The position numbers and the translations under genes were made by a program. Below the pieces are notes generated by a model. The model saw nothing but the letters and a program-made list of their open reading frames with translations. It was not told the DNA's origin and did no database searches. From Bacteroidia bacterium (lineage in GTDB: Bacteria; Bacteroidota; Bacteroidia; 2-12-FULL-35-15), in the NCBI GenBank assembly GCA_036399275.1, contig DASWNK010000015.1, forward strand, positions 7,963-71,962: a stretch of DNA of 64,000 bases. The letters run 5' to 3'. Of the stretch, positions 31,133 to 41,030 are shown one piece after another (the first letter of the stretch is position 1; every line of letters starts with the position of its first letter).

Positions 31133-33073
31133 TTATTCTATTGTTAGCTCATAGATCTCTCCGGGAATATCGTTCAGGGGAAAAGGTAAATTGTCTTGTG
31201 AATAGGGCGCACCGGGCCACCATTTTGTATTATGGTATTCCTGAGTGATGATCAATAACATCTGGTTATTAGGGATGGATGTTACCTGGTCGTTCATGTA
31301 GCCCACAGCGCGCATTTTGTCAGGGCTTGCCCCTATGCGCCAGATAATTTCACTTGGTCGCCAGTCGATCTCAAAATAATAATATTCACCGCCAAAAAGC
31401 TCATCATCATTTTCTTCTTTTTTTTCGGTCAGCGCCCGGTAATTTTGATCCCAGCGGTGAGCTTCAAAAGTCTGGTTTTGATAAGCGATAGAATTGCAGC
31501 CAATCCCAAAATTTTTCGGTTCATGACAGGCCATGTCCCAATTGGTGCAGGCAACCGTGACGCAACCATCTGTACTGGTAATTTCCTCAGGAAATGGAAC
31601 ATTCCAGCTCTTGTTATTTTTTGGGTTATCGCCGGTATTTTTAAAGACAGGGGGAAAAATATTGTTGGGACAATAAGGTGGTGTTTTGAGGATCTCAAAA
31701 TCAATTTCCGAGTAGTCAACGGCTGGAATACGTTTGTCATTCGCTCCACCCCAGTAACTCGCCATATAGCCATCTTTATTGCAATTGCGGCGAAAATTCC
31801 ATTCACCGCCGCCTTGTGTGATCAGCCAGATGGCATTTGTTAGCCCGTTCCAGACATTGTTCTTATTGAGAAGCTCAGTCAGTTTTACTTTCACCCGGTA
31901 TTTTCCGTAAGTAAGTCCGTGCCTGGTGATGATGCCAACACTTTCTTTTTTCCATTCACCGAAGCTTGTCTTGGGATTTTTAATGATGATCTTTTTTTCT
32001 TTAGGATCGGAATAAACCGTTGCGCAGGGACGCTTCGATGTTTGTAAAATGGTTGGGATCAATTCCTCTTTGGAATAAAAGGAGCGGTTCCAGTTATAAT
32101 CCATTTTAGAATAATTGTCTTTCAGAATGTCGGCAATTACTGGAATATTATCCATTTTGGTAGAAACATCGACATAATTAATGAACTGCTGAATTGGCGC
32201 GTTCAGATATAGATTACTGTCTTGCCCACAGGTAGCACAGAAAGCAGATTTATCTACTTCGCCATCAAAACGGGCTTCGTCAATATAAATACCGGTACCA
32301 AGATCAGGTCTCGCACTTACTTTTAATTCAGTACCAGATAGTGCGGCAACAATATTTCCTAAGTTTTTTCCTTCTCCGTTTAAAAAGTAGAAGTAAGGGT
32401 TTACAAAGTGTTCTTTATTTTTTTGAGCAATGTTCTGTATATAATCCGGAATATTTTTCAGGCTCTTAGCGGTGGCAACCACCAGTAGAAAGCTGTAATT
32501 CCCCACCCGGGGATTGCGTTGCCAGCGATTGTTCTCATTGTTTTGTATGTAACGCGCTTCGTTTCTGGGATTCCCCGAAATGCGGAAAACATCACTGATC
32601 GTATGAAAGGATTGATCATTGGCTATAGAGATTTTTTTAAACAGCGTATTGGTATTTTCCCAGCTCCCATAAAAATTTTCTTCCGCAAGCGGGTTTTCTT
32701 TTTTCGTTAGTGAATCAACTTCTCTGAATTTGTAGGTCTCGTTCTGATAGTAAATCTTATAATATAAATCCTCTGAAGAATTGTTTTTCAGTTCAAATTC
32801 AAATGCAAAAACGCCGTTTTTTATTTGTCTGACAGAAGGAATTACAAAACCGCCATGGGCATTGTTATAATCCAAGGTGATGGTTTTGAGAACAACGCTA
32901 TCAGATTGCCAGTTTAGCAGGGGCCGGAAACTGCGAATGCTGAAATCCCGGCAAGATAGAGGACTAGGTGTTTCAAAACCGCTGTCGCAGGAAGTAAAGA
33001 GCAAAACCAGAACAGCGGAAAAGATCAGCGCAAGTGCGGGTATTGTTTTTTTTATGTAGGAACTTTCCATCAT
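31133..33073 (-). CDS. Lipoprotein with C-terminal GH16-like domain
   Basis: Lipobox FTSC; LTYGKYRVKVKL, NAIWL, SEIDFE (ExDxE), YYFEIDWRPSEIIWRIG. Confidence 0.78.
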   Translation of the reverse strand: MMESSYIKKTIPALALIFSAVLVLLFTSCDSGFETPSPLSCRDFSIRSFRPLLNWQSDSVVLKTITLDYNNAHGGFVIPSVRQIKNGVFAFEFELKNNSSEDLYYKIYYQNETYKFREVDSLTKKENPLAEENFYGSWENTNTLFKKISIANDQSFHTISDVFRISGNPRNEARYIQNNENNRWQRNPRVGNYSFLLVVATAKSLKNIPDYIQNIAQKNKEHFVNPYFYFLNGEGKNLGNIVAALSGTELKVSARPDLGTGIYIDEARFDGEVDKSAFCATCGQDSNLYLNAPIQQFINYVDVSTKMDNIPVIADILKDNYSKMDYNWNRSFYSKEELIPTILQTSKRPCATVYSDPKEKKIIIKNPKTSFGEWKKESVGIITRHGLTYGKYRVKVKLTELLNKNNVWNGLTNAIWLITQGGGEWNFRRNCNKDGYMASYWGGANDKRIPAVDYSEIDFEILKTPPYCPNNIFPPVFKNTGDNPKNNKSWNVPFPEEITSTDGCVTVACTNWDMACHEPKNFGIGCNSIAYQNQTFEAHRWDQNYRALTEKKEENDDELFGGEYYYFEIDWRPSEIIWRIGASPDKMRAVGYMNDQVTSIPNNQMLLIITQEYHNTKWWPGAPYSQDNLPFPLNDIPGEIYELTIE

Positions 33074-34575
33074 TCAGGGATGCTGTATAATTGGGTGCTG
33101 TTTGGTAAAAAGGATAAATTTTCCAGTTCCGTGCAGGTTATTCCAATGAAAGAAGCGTCCTTGCAATTGGCCATTAGAACCAGCAGAGAGGTACGATTCT
33201 TATTCATGAATTTACCGGAAATAATTTCAACAAGTTCATAGTATTTTGGATTGTGATCAGCAGGATAACCCTTAAAATCAATATTTCCCAGAATCGTAAA
33301 ATCGTTTTTATCCTGTTCAAGCAGCTTGAGGTCAAACTTCCAATCCTGGTTAAGCTTCAGCCACTGTTTGTTTGTTGAGCAATAGTTCCCGGCAAAAAGA
33401 AGGTCGCTGGAATTGATAACCGGGGCGGATGGTGCAGCGGTTTTTTCTATCCATTTTTTGTTCAGGTTTTCTTGGGTACCGCCTTTGATTATCTGCCATT
33501 TTTGTCCGTTAAATTCTATAATTCCCCAGTCGCCGTTGCCTTTATTTACCAGCAAGACTTCCTGTTTGCCATCATTATTGTAATCAACAGCGTAATAGGT
33601 ATTGTTCTTATTCCAGATTGAATCTGCCGGGTTTGTATTTTCCCAGATTCTTTCGAATTGTTTTTTGTCAGGAGTGTAGTAGAACAGACCCTGCGCCTGC
33701 TTTTTTATACAGATAATCTCTTCCAACTTGTTTTTATCGGAAATAAAATCACCGACCAGAAATTCATCACAGGGGGAAAAATTGTTGCTAACAGCTTGTT
33801 TCGAAGGCGGCGTGATTGAAACAGTATTCTCATTGCCGATCTCTTGCTTTTCAAAATAAATAACGGGAAAAGGAGGCTTGTTCTTCTCTGCCACAAAACG
33901 TTTTTCGTAAATAGCAACAGCATCAATTGTCGATGAAGTACCTCTTCTTTCCGGACTTTCGCCATAGACAATTTCCAGATCATCTATAAAAACGGCGGTT
34001 TTTCCTCTATTCCAGATGCCGGCACTTATAAAATCATCAGGGGATATTTTATCGATCGGTAAAAGAAAACAGGCATTTAATTTTGACCATTTGTTTTTGG
34101 GAAAGGATCCGTTTTCAGTACTTTTTCCATCCCAAAACACGGTTTCGTTTTTTGAATTGACAACAGAAACTGTTAGAACAGTATTCGGTGCCTCTGTTAG
34201 AGGATATACCCAGATACTCATACAGATTTTTTTCAATGAGTCGGAACTAATTTCGCGAATTTTTTTTACCACTGACGGGCCATATTCTTTTCCTCCCGAG
34301 AAATCACAGGCATATTTTCCGGAATGAACAATTTTGTTTTCCCGCGGATCTGAGTTTGACAATTCTTCAGCGTTTTCGAAATCAAAAAACAAATTGGTCT
34401 CTTCGATTCGGAGAGTTGTGCCATCGGTTGAGGTTGTCTGAGTTGAGGCCTTGATAGAAGGTTGTGGTGATGTTCTATGCTTGTTGGGAAGGAGAAAGAA
34501 TGCTGCGCCAAACCCTGAAAGGATGAGGAGCACATAAACCATAAGGCGCTTTTTCTGAGGAGTTATCATCAGCAT
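33070..34575 (-). CDS. Membrane-anchored protein with CBM-like domain and FG-GAP/VCBS-like repeats
   Basis: N-terminal TM; FDFE...HSGKYA...IWNRG...FIDDLEI; LVGDF...EEII and AVDYNNDGKQEVL repeats. Overlaps the next gene (ATGA). Confidence 0.72.
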   Translation of the reverse strand: MLMITPQKKRLMVYVLLILSGFGAAFFLLPNKHRTSPQPSIKASTQTTSTDGTTLRIEETNLFFDFENAEELSNSDPRENKIVHSGKYACDFSGGKEYGPSVVKKIREISSDSLKKICMSIWVYPLTEAPNTVLTVSVVNSKNETVFWDGKSTENGSFPKNKWSKLNACFLLPIDKISPDDFISAGIWNRGKTAVFIDDLEIVYGESPERRGTSSTIDAVAIYEKRFVAEKNKPPFPVIYFEKQEIGNENTVSITPPSKQAVSNNFSPCDEFLVGDFISDKNKLEEIICIKKQAQGLFYYTPDKKQFERIWENTNPADSIWNKNNTYYAVDYNNDGKQEVLLVNKGNGDWGIIEFNGQKWQIIKGGTQENLNKKWIEKTAAPSAPVINSSDLLFAGNYCSTNKQWLKLNQDWKFDLKLLEQDKNDFTILGNIDFKGYPADHNPKYYELVEIISGKFMNKNRTSLLVLMANCKDASFIGITCTELENLSFLPNSTQLYSIPE

Positions 34576-34593
34576 TAATGGCGTGAGGATAAA

Positions 34594-36402
34594 TTAAACG
34601 GCAACAAGGCTTTTTTTCTTTTCGATGGAAGCTTTGATGTCTTCAAGTTGTCCCTTCGGAATAGCATTGATAAGATTCCTTGTGTATTCGGTTTGAGGGT
34701 TGTTATATATTTCATCTGCATCTCCCATTTCTTCTATTTTTCCTTTATTCATTACCACCATTCGGTCGCTCATGAATTTTACCACTGAAAGATCATGGGA
34801 AATAAAGATATAAGTGAAATCAAATTCACGTTTCAGCTCGTTTAGCAGATTCAGTACTTGTGCCTGTACTGACACGTCCAGGGCAGAAACAGATTCATCA
34901 CAAATGATAAATTTTGGTTTCAACGCCAAAGCTCTTGCAATACAAATACGCTGACGCTGACCGCCCGAAAACTCGTGAGGATAGCGATAGAAGTGCGACT
35001 CATTCATGTTTACGCGATGCAGCAATTCGATAACACGTTCTTTTCTTGCCTTGTCGTTTGCAAGAATACCATGCACCTGCATTGGCTCCATGATGGCTTG
35101 GCCAATAGTAATTCTCGGATTCAGGGATGAATAGGGGTCCTGAAATATGATCTGAATGTCTTTACGCAGATCACGCATTTTTTTAGAATTCAATTGAGTG
35201 ATGTTGATGCCATCAAAAATCACTTCGCCGCCGGTGGGCTCAATCAGGCGTAAAACGGTTCTTCCCAAAGTGGTTTTTCCGCAGCCGGATTCACCGACCA
35301 ATCCGAGGGTTTCTCCAGGATACACATCAAACGAAACATCATCCACAGCCTTCACAAAGTCTGTCGCTTTTCCGAAAACACCTTTTTTGATGGGAAAGTA
35401 AGTCTTTAAATTTTTGATTTGTAAAATCGGCTCTTTCGCATATAGCTTCTTATGGGCAAGCTCACGTTCCTGTTTCGAAACAATAAGTTTTTCGGTTACT
35501 TCCGAAACAGATTGCTTGCTTTCAATCATTTCACCCATATCGCTGGTTTTCATAAAATCAGAAACTGTAGGAAGCCAGTGCAGGCGTTTGTTCAAAGGCG
35601 GGCGACAAGCCAACAATCCTTTTGTATAAGGGTGTTTCGGGTTAGAGAATATTTCAAGAGAGCTTCCTTGCTCAACGATCTTCCCTTTGTACATCACTAC
35701 TACCTTATCAGCAAGCTCAGCGATAACACCCAAGTCATGGGTAATGAACATAATGCCCATATCGTGTTCCCGCTGAAGCTTCAGCATCAAATCGAGGATC
35801 GTCGCCTGAACCGTTACATCCAGCGCGGTGGTTGGTTCATCAGCAATAAGGATGCTGGGTTGGCAGCTCATTGCCATAGCAATCATTACACGTTGTTTTT
35901 GCCCGCCCGAGATCTGGTGCGGGTAACTGTCAAATATAGATTCGGGACGGGGAAGCTGAACTTCTTTAAAAAGGTTGATGGTAAGCTCTTTGGCTTGTTT
36001 TTTAGTAACCTTCTGGTGGAGCAGAATGGCTTCCATTACCTGATCGCCGCAAGTATAAACAGGGTTAAGCGAGGTCATTGGCTCCTGAAAGATCATCGCG
36101 ATCTCGTTTCCGCGAAGCTCGCGCATATCTTTCTCCGAAAGTTTTACAATATCAACGAGCCCCTTTTTTTTCGAATGGTAAAGGATTTCACCGCCGGTTA
36201 TTTTACCCGGAGGGTTAGGAATCAGTCGCATTACTGATAAGGAGGTCACCGATTTTCCTGAGCCCGACTCACCAACAATACCAATTGTTTCGCCTCTGGA
36301 CAATGTAAAGGAAATATCGTTAACAGCTTTTACTGTTTCATCTTCCGTACGAAATTCGGTAACTAAATTTTTTACTTCTAATAATAGGGTTTCTTTGGCC
36401 AT
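34594..36402 (-). CDS. Fused double-ATPase peptide/nickel ABC transporter ATP-binding protein
   Basis: GESGSGKS and GESGCGKT Walker A motifs, [36 protein letters not shown]. Start set at MAKETL (36402). Confidence 0.95.
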   Translation of the reverse strand: MAKETLLLEVKNLVTEFRTEDETVKAVNDISFTLSRGETIGIVGESGSGKSVTSLSVMRLIPNPPGKITGGEILYHSKKKGLVDIVKLSEKDMRELRGNEIAMIFQEPMTSLNPVYTCGDQVMEAILLHQKVTKKQAKELTINLFKEVQLPRPESIFDSYPHQISGGQKQRVMIAMAMSCQPSILIADEPTTALDVTVQATILDLMLKLQREHDMGIMFITHDLGVIAELADKVVVMYKGKIVEQGSSLEIFSNPKHPYTKGLLACRPPLNKRLHWLPTVSDFMKTSDMGEMIESKQSVSEVTEKLIVSKQERELAHKKLYAKEPILQIKNLKTYFPIKKGVFGKATDFVKAVDDVSFDVYPGETLGLVGESGCGKTTLGRTVLRLIEPTGGEVIFDGINITQLNSKKMRDLRKDIQIIFQDPYSSLNPRITIGQAIMEPMQVHGILANDKARKERVIELLHRVNMNESHFYRYPHEFSGGQRQRICIARALALKPKFIICDESVSALDVSVQAQVLNLLNELKREFDFTYIFISHDLSVVKFMSDRMVVMNKGKIEEMGDADEIYNNPQTEYTRNLINAIPKGQLEDIKASIEKKKSLVAV

Positions 36403-36507
36403 CGTCCACAATTTTTCAGAGAGCGTTAAATTACGTTTTGTTGAGGAAATATGCAAGAAGATAACGACAGAAGGCTACTTACCCTGACAAGGGCAGTAAA
36501 AACATTG

Positions 36508-37056
36508 TTATTCGCGGCTGGGATAGATCCAGATAGCAATCTTTCCAGGGCTATTAGGAACAGTCAGGTCCGAGCTCTCATCGCTTAAGTTGATCTTTAC
36601 TTCGCCGAATTTATCGGACTTAACAGTCCATACGGTGAAGCCTTGGTGAAGCTCACTTTTTCCATAATGATCGTCGAAGTACCGCTTAAAGCAATCAAAG
36701 ACCTTTTCCGTATTGCCGGCATCTTTAATATAAATATCTGATTGGATCTCGTTAAGTCCGTTCTCATCAAAATTATAGGAAATATTATAGGAGCAGGAGC
36801 TGTCTAATTGGAGTTCATAATAGAGATAACCTTCATCGGCTTCAGAGGCAGGAACACCTTCTTTTGCAATTACCGAATCCATTTTATCTCCAAGGTTTAA
36901 TCCCCGGAAGGCGCCATTATCGGTGAGAAGTACGTTTGCTACTTCTGGTCCGTATTTCGCAAGTTTGGATTCCGGGCCCGAACAAGCGATCAGCAAACAA
37001 GCGATCAGTGCAGAAAGCAAAAAGTTTTTTCCAGTAAATGTATTTGTTAAAAGCAT
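36508..37056 (-). CDS. Hypothetical lipoprotein
   Basis: Lipobox LIAC; FRGLNLGD, Y-N-F-D..GLNEI; typical Bacteroidota lipoprotein composition. Confidence 0.72.
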   Translation of the reverse strand: MLLTNTFTGKNFLLSALIACLLIACSGPESKLAKYGPEVANVLLTDNGAFRGLNLGDKMDSVIAKEGVPASEADEGYLYYELQLDSSCSYNISYNFDENGLNEIQSDIYIKDAGNTEKVFDCFKRYFDDHYGKSELHQGFTVWTVKSDKFGEVKINLSDESSDLTVPNSPGKIAIWIYPSRE

Positions 37057-37096
37057 AGCATGATTATCGAAGTAAAGATACTAAAGAAAAGCCTTA

Positions 37097-37795
37097 CTAT
37101 GCGATCACTACATTTTTATTTTCGATGAGTGGCTGCCCCATGAAACGCAGGAGAAGCTGGGCAACCGTCAATACATCTTTCTGGCAATAAGTAACAATCC
37201 GCTTGAGGTTTTTTTCTTCCCAGTAAACGCGGGCAACATCCGAGCCGTCCATGTCATCTTTCGGAGTGGGAATATTGAAAATAGCCGCGAGGAGATTGAG
37301 TGAAGTGAAATTTTTATAATCACCGAATTTCCATAGCTCCATAGTGTCGAGGTGATTGACTTCCCAGGGTTTTTTACCGGAAATGTTAAGAGTTTTCGGC
37401 AGCCTAAGGCCGTTTACAAGCATCCTGCGGCATAAAAGAGGGAAGTCGAATTCCTTGCCATTATGTGCACAGAGCAGGTGCTCCTTGCGATTAAAATGCT
37501 TGTTCAGAAGAATGGCGAATTCTTCGAGAAGGGCTTTTTCTTCATGCCCATAAAATGATTTGACACGAAAAGTGTCATCATTAAAAAAGCCAACGGAAAC
37601 GCAAATGATCTTGGAGAATTCAGCATAAATGCCCGCTTTCTTGTAAAGTGATTCGGGGGTTTCTGCTTGCTGATATCTGAATTTTGCATCCCACAAGGGC
37701 TTGATACGATCATCCAGATCCTTGTAGTTATATACGGCGGGCGCTGTTTCTATATCCAAAAACAAAACATTGGACAGTTTAATATTTTCTAACAT
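37097..37795 (-). CDS. 3'-5' exonuclease (DnaQ-like, PolB-exonuclease-related)
   Basis: FLDIET, AEFSKIIC, AHNGKEFDFP, DTMELWKFG, YCQKDV (DEDDy). Confidence 0.92.
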   Translation of the reverse strand: MLENIKLSNVLFLDIETAPAVYNYKDLDDRIKPLWDAKFRYQQAETPESLYKKAGIYAEFSKIICVSVGFFNDDTFRVKSFYGHEEKALLEEFAILLNKHFNRKEHLLCAHNGKEFDFPLLCRRMLVNGLRLPKTLNISGKKPWEVNHLDTMELWKFGDYKNFTSLNLLAAIFNIPTPKDDMDGSDVARVYWEEKNLKRIVTYCQKDVLTVAQLLLRFMGQPLIENKNVVIA

Positions 37796-37801
37796 AAATA
37801 G

Positions 37802-38206
37802 CTATTTGATCAACACTCCTTTTTTATTAATATACGGAATAAGAATAAAATTTTCTTCTTTGATGCTTTCGGGTAGAAATATATATTTTTTATCATACAT
37901 CACTTTGTTGATGTAAAAGCTTACCCAATATTCATTGTTTAAGCCAAATAATGTGTCAAGGATCGGTTCGAATCTTACAAAAGATTTCGGGGCAAGCTCA
38001 TCAAGGAAATGTCTCAATGTGGAAGTCTTTACTTCTTGATTGTTTAGCGTTCCATAGCCATGCGAACTAACCAGGACTCCTTCTATCTTTTCTTTTTTCA
38101 GATTGAGCAGGTAAACATTCCACTCTGTTTCATTCAGCTCATTTGTGTCTTTTATAACCGCTACAGCAATGTCTGTCACCTCTGGCGGTGCAATGTCCTT
38201 TTTCAT
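37802..38206 (-). CDS. Conserved hypothetical protein
   Basis: MKKDI...WNVYLLN...VSSHGYG...TSTLRH...NEYWVSF; operonic spacing. Confidence 0.8.
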   Translation of the reverse strand: MKKDIAPPEVTDIAVAVIKDTNELNETEWNVYLLNLKKEKIEGVLVSSHGYGTLNNQEVKTSTLRHFLDELAPKSFVRFEPILDTLFGLNNEYWVSFYINKVMYDKKYIFLPESIKEENFILIPYINKKGVLIK

Positions 38207-38287
38207 AGTATTAACAAATCGTTACAATCCGATCTAAGTTTATGCGTAAATTTTCTAATCAGCAGATTGAGTCCACTTTTTCCTTCT

Positions 38288-39457
38288 TTATTGCCCATAC
38301 ATTCGCAGCGCTTCATCAATGTACATGTACAGGTCTTTCGGATGATCCTCACCTGGTTTTGGCTTTATCCGTTTTACTCCCAAACGAACAACAACCATAT
38401 CGAGGTCGGGAATGCAAATAACATACTGGCCTAAAATTCCACGGGCATAATAGATGTAATGTCCTTTATATTCTGGTAATAGCCACCATGCGTAACCATA
38501 CTTATTATTCTTTTTGCCTTCGGTATCCATAAGGTCAGCAACTTTAACGGAATTCAAAGCGAATTCAGCCGGAACGAGTTGTGTGCCATTCCATTTTCCT
38601 GTATCTAGAAAGAGCTGGCCTATGCGTGCAAAATCAGGTGCGTTGGAATTAAAACAGCAATATGCTTTTTCCGTTCCGTTTTCATGATCAAGGCTCCAGG
38701 TTGCATTGTTCTTAGCGCCCAAGGGCTTCCAGAGTTTCTCTGAAAAATACTCACTCACTGGTTTTCCTGTTGCTTCTTTTAAAACAAAAGCCAGCAAAAC
38801 AGAATTTCCGCTCAGATATTTAAACACTTTTCCAGGCTCATCTTTCACTGAATAGTTCGATGTTAATTTTTTTAGATCCTTTCCATAATATGCAGCTGCC
38901 GGATATGCAAAAGGATTGACATAATCCTCGTCAAAATCAATGCCTGAGGACATGGTAAGCAAATGCTTAATGGTGAGTTTGGCGTTTTCACCCTCTTTAA
39001 ATTCCGGAATAAAATCACCTACCGGCTGATCAAGGCTTTTTATTTTTCCTTCATCAATTGCTATTCCGACAAGGATGCCAAGAAAAGTTTTTGCCATGGA
39101 AAAGGAGCTGCTGTATGAATCAGCTCCATAACCATCCCAATATTGCTCATGGATGATTGAGTCGTTTTTTATCACTACAAAAGCAATGGTTTGGAGCGCG
39201 TCAAATTCTTTCTGATTTTCTTCAGAGATTTTTTTGGAATTATAATTTTTAGAATGGTTCCATGGCTGGTAAGGGCCAGCGGCAACTTCGCGATTGTCGA
39301 AAATTTTGTAATCTTCTATGCTGGGGCCTGAACGGCCTTTCAGGTATGTGTTTGCGACACCTTTATATAAATAGGTTTTACCGGAAACAAGAATAGCAAG
39401 ATTCAGGATCACGAGAATGATCAGAATCCATTTCCCTATTTTTTTAAGTCTTTTCAT
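38288..39457 (-). CDS. Serine hydrolase, beta-lactamase class C family
   Basis: SFSMAK (SxxK), LLTMSSG, FKYLSGN, ARIGQLFL, YGYAWW, ARGILGQY; N-terminal TM. Confidence 0.9.
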   Translation of the reverse strand: MKRLKKIGKWILIILVILNLAILVSGKTYLYKGVANTYLKGRSGPSIEDYKIFDNREVAAGPYQPWNHSKNYNSKKISEENQKEFDALQTIAFVVIKNDSIIHEQYWDGYGADSYSSSFSMAKTFLGILVGIAIDEGKIKSLDQPVGDFIPEFKEGENAKLTIKHLLTMSSGIDFDEDYVNPFAYPAAAYYGKDLKKLTSNYSVKDEPGKVFKYLSGNSVLLAFVLKEATGKPVSEYFSEKLWKPLGAKNNATWSLDHENGTEKAYCCFNSNAPDFARIGQLFLDTGKWNGTQLVPAEFALNSVKVADLMDTEGKKNNKYGYAWWLLPEYKGHYIYYARGILGQYVICIPDLDMVVVRLGVKRIKPKPGEDHPKDLYMYIDEALRMYGQ

Positions 39458-39574
39458 AATAGTGATTTAAAACACTTCAAAAATACACCATTCTGCGAAA
39501 TAAAGAACACTCGAATTGGCATATAATTTAGATTTTTGAAATCTGTTTAGCTTTGTTTACCGTACATTCATCCA

Positions 39575-40537
39575 ATGAGAACCCTGTTTTTAATTTTTAC
39601 GCTGTTGTATTGTTTCTGTGCATTTCCGGCACAGGCACACTCGGATAGCTTACTAAAGAAGGATCGCTATATCAGGCATAATTACGAAAACGACTTTTTC
39701 ACGGCAACAGATCGATACTATACACAAGGTGTTTATCTGGAGCTCATTCTGCCGGTTTTCAAAAAATCACTTCTTGCCAAAACGCTCATTCCTTTGAATA
39801 AAAAGGGGCTGAATTATTACGGAATAGGTTTGGAACGACAAGGTTTTACACCGGTAAGCATACGGCATGAAGGCCTTTTTTATGGAGAAAGACCGTATGC
39901 GGCTGTAGCGTATATTACACATTCTCTCGTCTCAATAAACACAGCCAAAACGCTTCGGCTAACAACGAGAATTAACTGGGGATTTATCGGTCCGAATTTA
40001 AGAGGTGGGGAAGAGCAAAAGGGAATCCATTACGCTCTGGAAAACATTCAGCCTCTCGGTTGGGAAAACCAAATAGAAAATGATTATGTGCTGAATTACG
40101 AAGCTTTTCTTGAAAAGGGTTTGCTGAATACAAAATACCTGGAAATGACCGGAACGGCAGATCTGCGGCTGGGAACTCTGTACGATGACATTGGAATAGG
40201 AGCGATGATTCGGACAGGCTGGATGCAACCTTATTTTAACAATCTGGGAATCACCAAAAACAAGGATGCGCAGAAATTTCAGTGTTATTTGTATGCAAGA
40301 GGGAAAGTAAAAGCGGTTGGATACAATGCAACCATGCAGGGTGGAGTATTCAACAGAAACAGCACCTACACCATTCCTGCCGATGACATTGAACGTTTGG
40401 TAGGAACGCTGTATTATGGAGTTGTTATGGCCTACAAAGGCCTGAGCGTGGAATTTGCTTTAGCCACCATCACGCCGGAATTTAGGAATGGTTTAAATCA
40501 TGCTTGGGGAAGAGCTGGAATTTATGTGTGTTTTTAA
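39575..40537 (+). CDS. Lipid A deacylase LpxR-family outer-membrane beta-barrel
   Basis: ENDFF..TDRYYTQG, ERPYAA, GWENQI, YNATMQG; C-terminal Phe. Confidence 0.85.
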   Translation: MRTLFLIFTLLYCFCAFPAQAHSDSLLKKDRYIRHNYENDFFTATDRYYTQGVYLELILPVFKKSLLAKTLIPLNKKGLNYYGIGLERQGFTPVSIRHEGLFYGERPYAAVAYITHSLVSINTAKTLRLTTRINWGFIGPNLRGGEEQKGIHYALENIQPLGWENQIENDYVLNYEAFLEKGLLNTKYLEMTGTADLRLGTLYDDIGIGAMIRTGWMQPYFNNLGITKNKDAQKFQCYLYARGKVKAVGYNATMQGGVFNRNSTYTIPADDIERLVGTLYYGVVMAYKGLSVEFALATITPEFRNGLNHAWGRAGIYVCF

Positions 40538-40600
40538 TCATTTAAATTAAAAGATCCGACTGCAATGAAGCAACCGGATCCTTTTTACAGAAAATATTTT

Positions 40601-41008
40601 TTAGAATTCGAAAAAGAAAAACACAACTGCCGCCCATTCTTTTTTAACACCGCTTGCATGTCCAATAGTACTGTGGCTGCTGTTTTCAACTGTTCCGTCA
40701 TTTTTCACATAGCCGATAGTGCTATGGCTGCTGTTCTCAACCGTTCCGTCACTCTTCACATATCCCACAGTTGAGTGGCTGGAGTTTTCAATCGTCCCAT
40801 TGTCTTTGATGTAACCAATTGTACTATGACTGGAGTTTTCAATTGTTCCGTTACTCTTGATGTAGCCTTTTGTGCTATGACTGGAGTTTTCAATTGTTCC
40901 GTCGCTTTTCACATAACCGGTTGTAGAATGGCTTGATGAAGAAATTGTTTGTCCGTTTGCAAATGCAAAACAAGAAACTGCGCAAATTGTGAAGAAAAGT
41001 TTTTTCAT
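40601..41008 (-). CDS. Secreted 17-aa repeat protein (5-fold beta-flower type)
   Basis: Signal peptide; about 5.5 copies of ENSSHSTxGY(I/V)KxxGT(I/V); hydrophobic C-terminal helix. Confidence 0.8.
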   Translation of the reverse strand: MKKLFFTICAVSCFAFANGQTISSSSHSTTGYVKSDGTIENSSHSTKGYIKSNGTIENSSHSTIGYIKDNGTIENSSHSTVGYVKSDGTVENSSHSTIGYVKNDGTVENSSHSTIGHASGVKKEWAAVVFFFFEF

Positions 41009-41030
41009 GATTATTGGTTTTTAGTTTAAT

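Noticed and set aside
40700-40940. 51-bp repeats as a possible CRISPR array
   Set aside because: No spacers; the units are in-frame codons of a secreted repeat protein; no cas genes.
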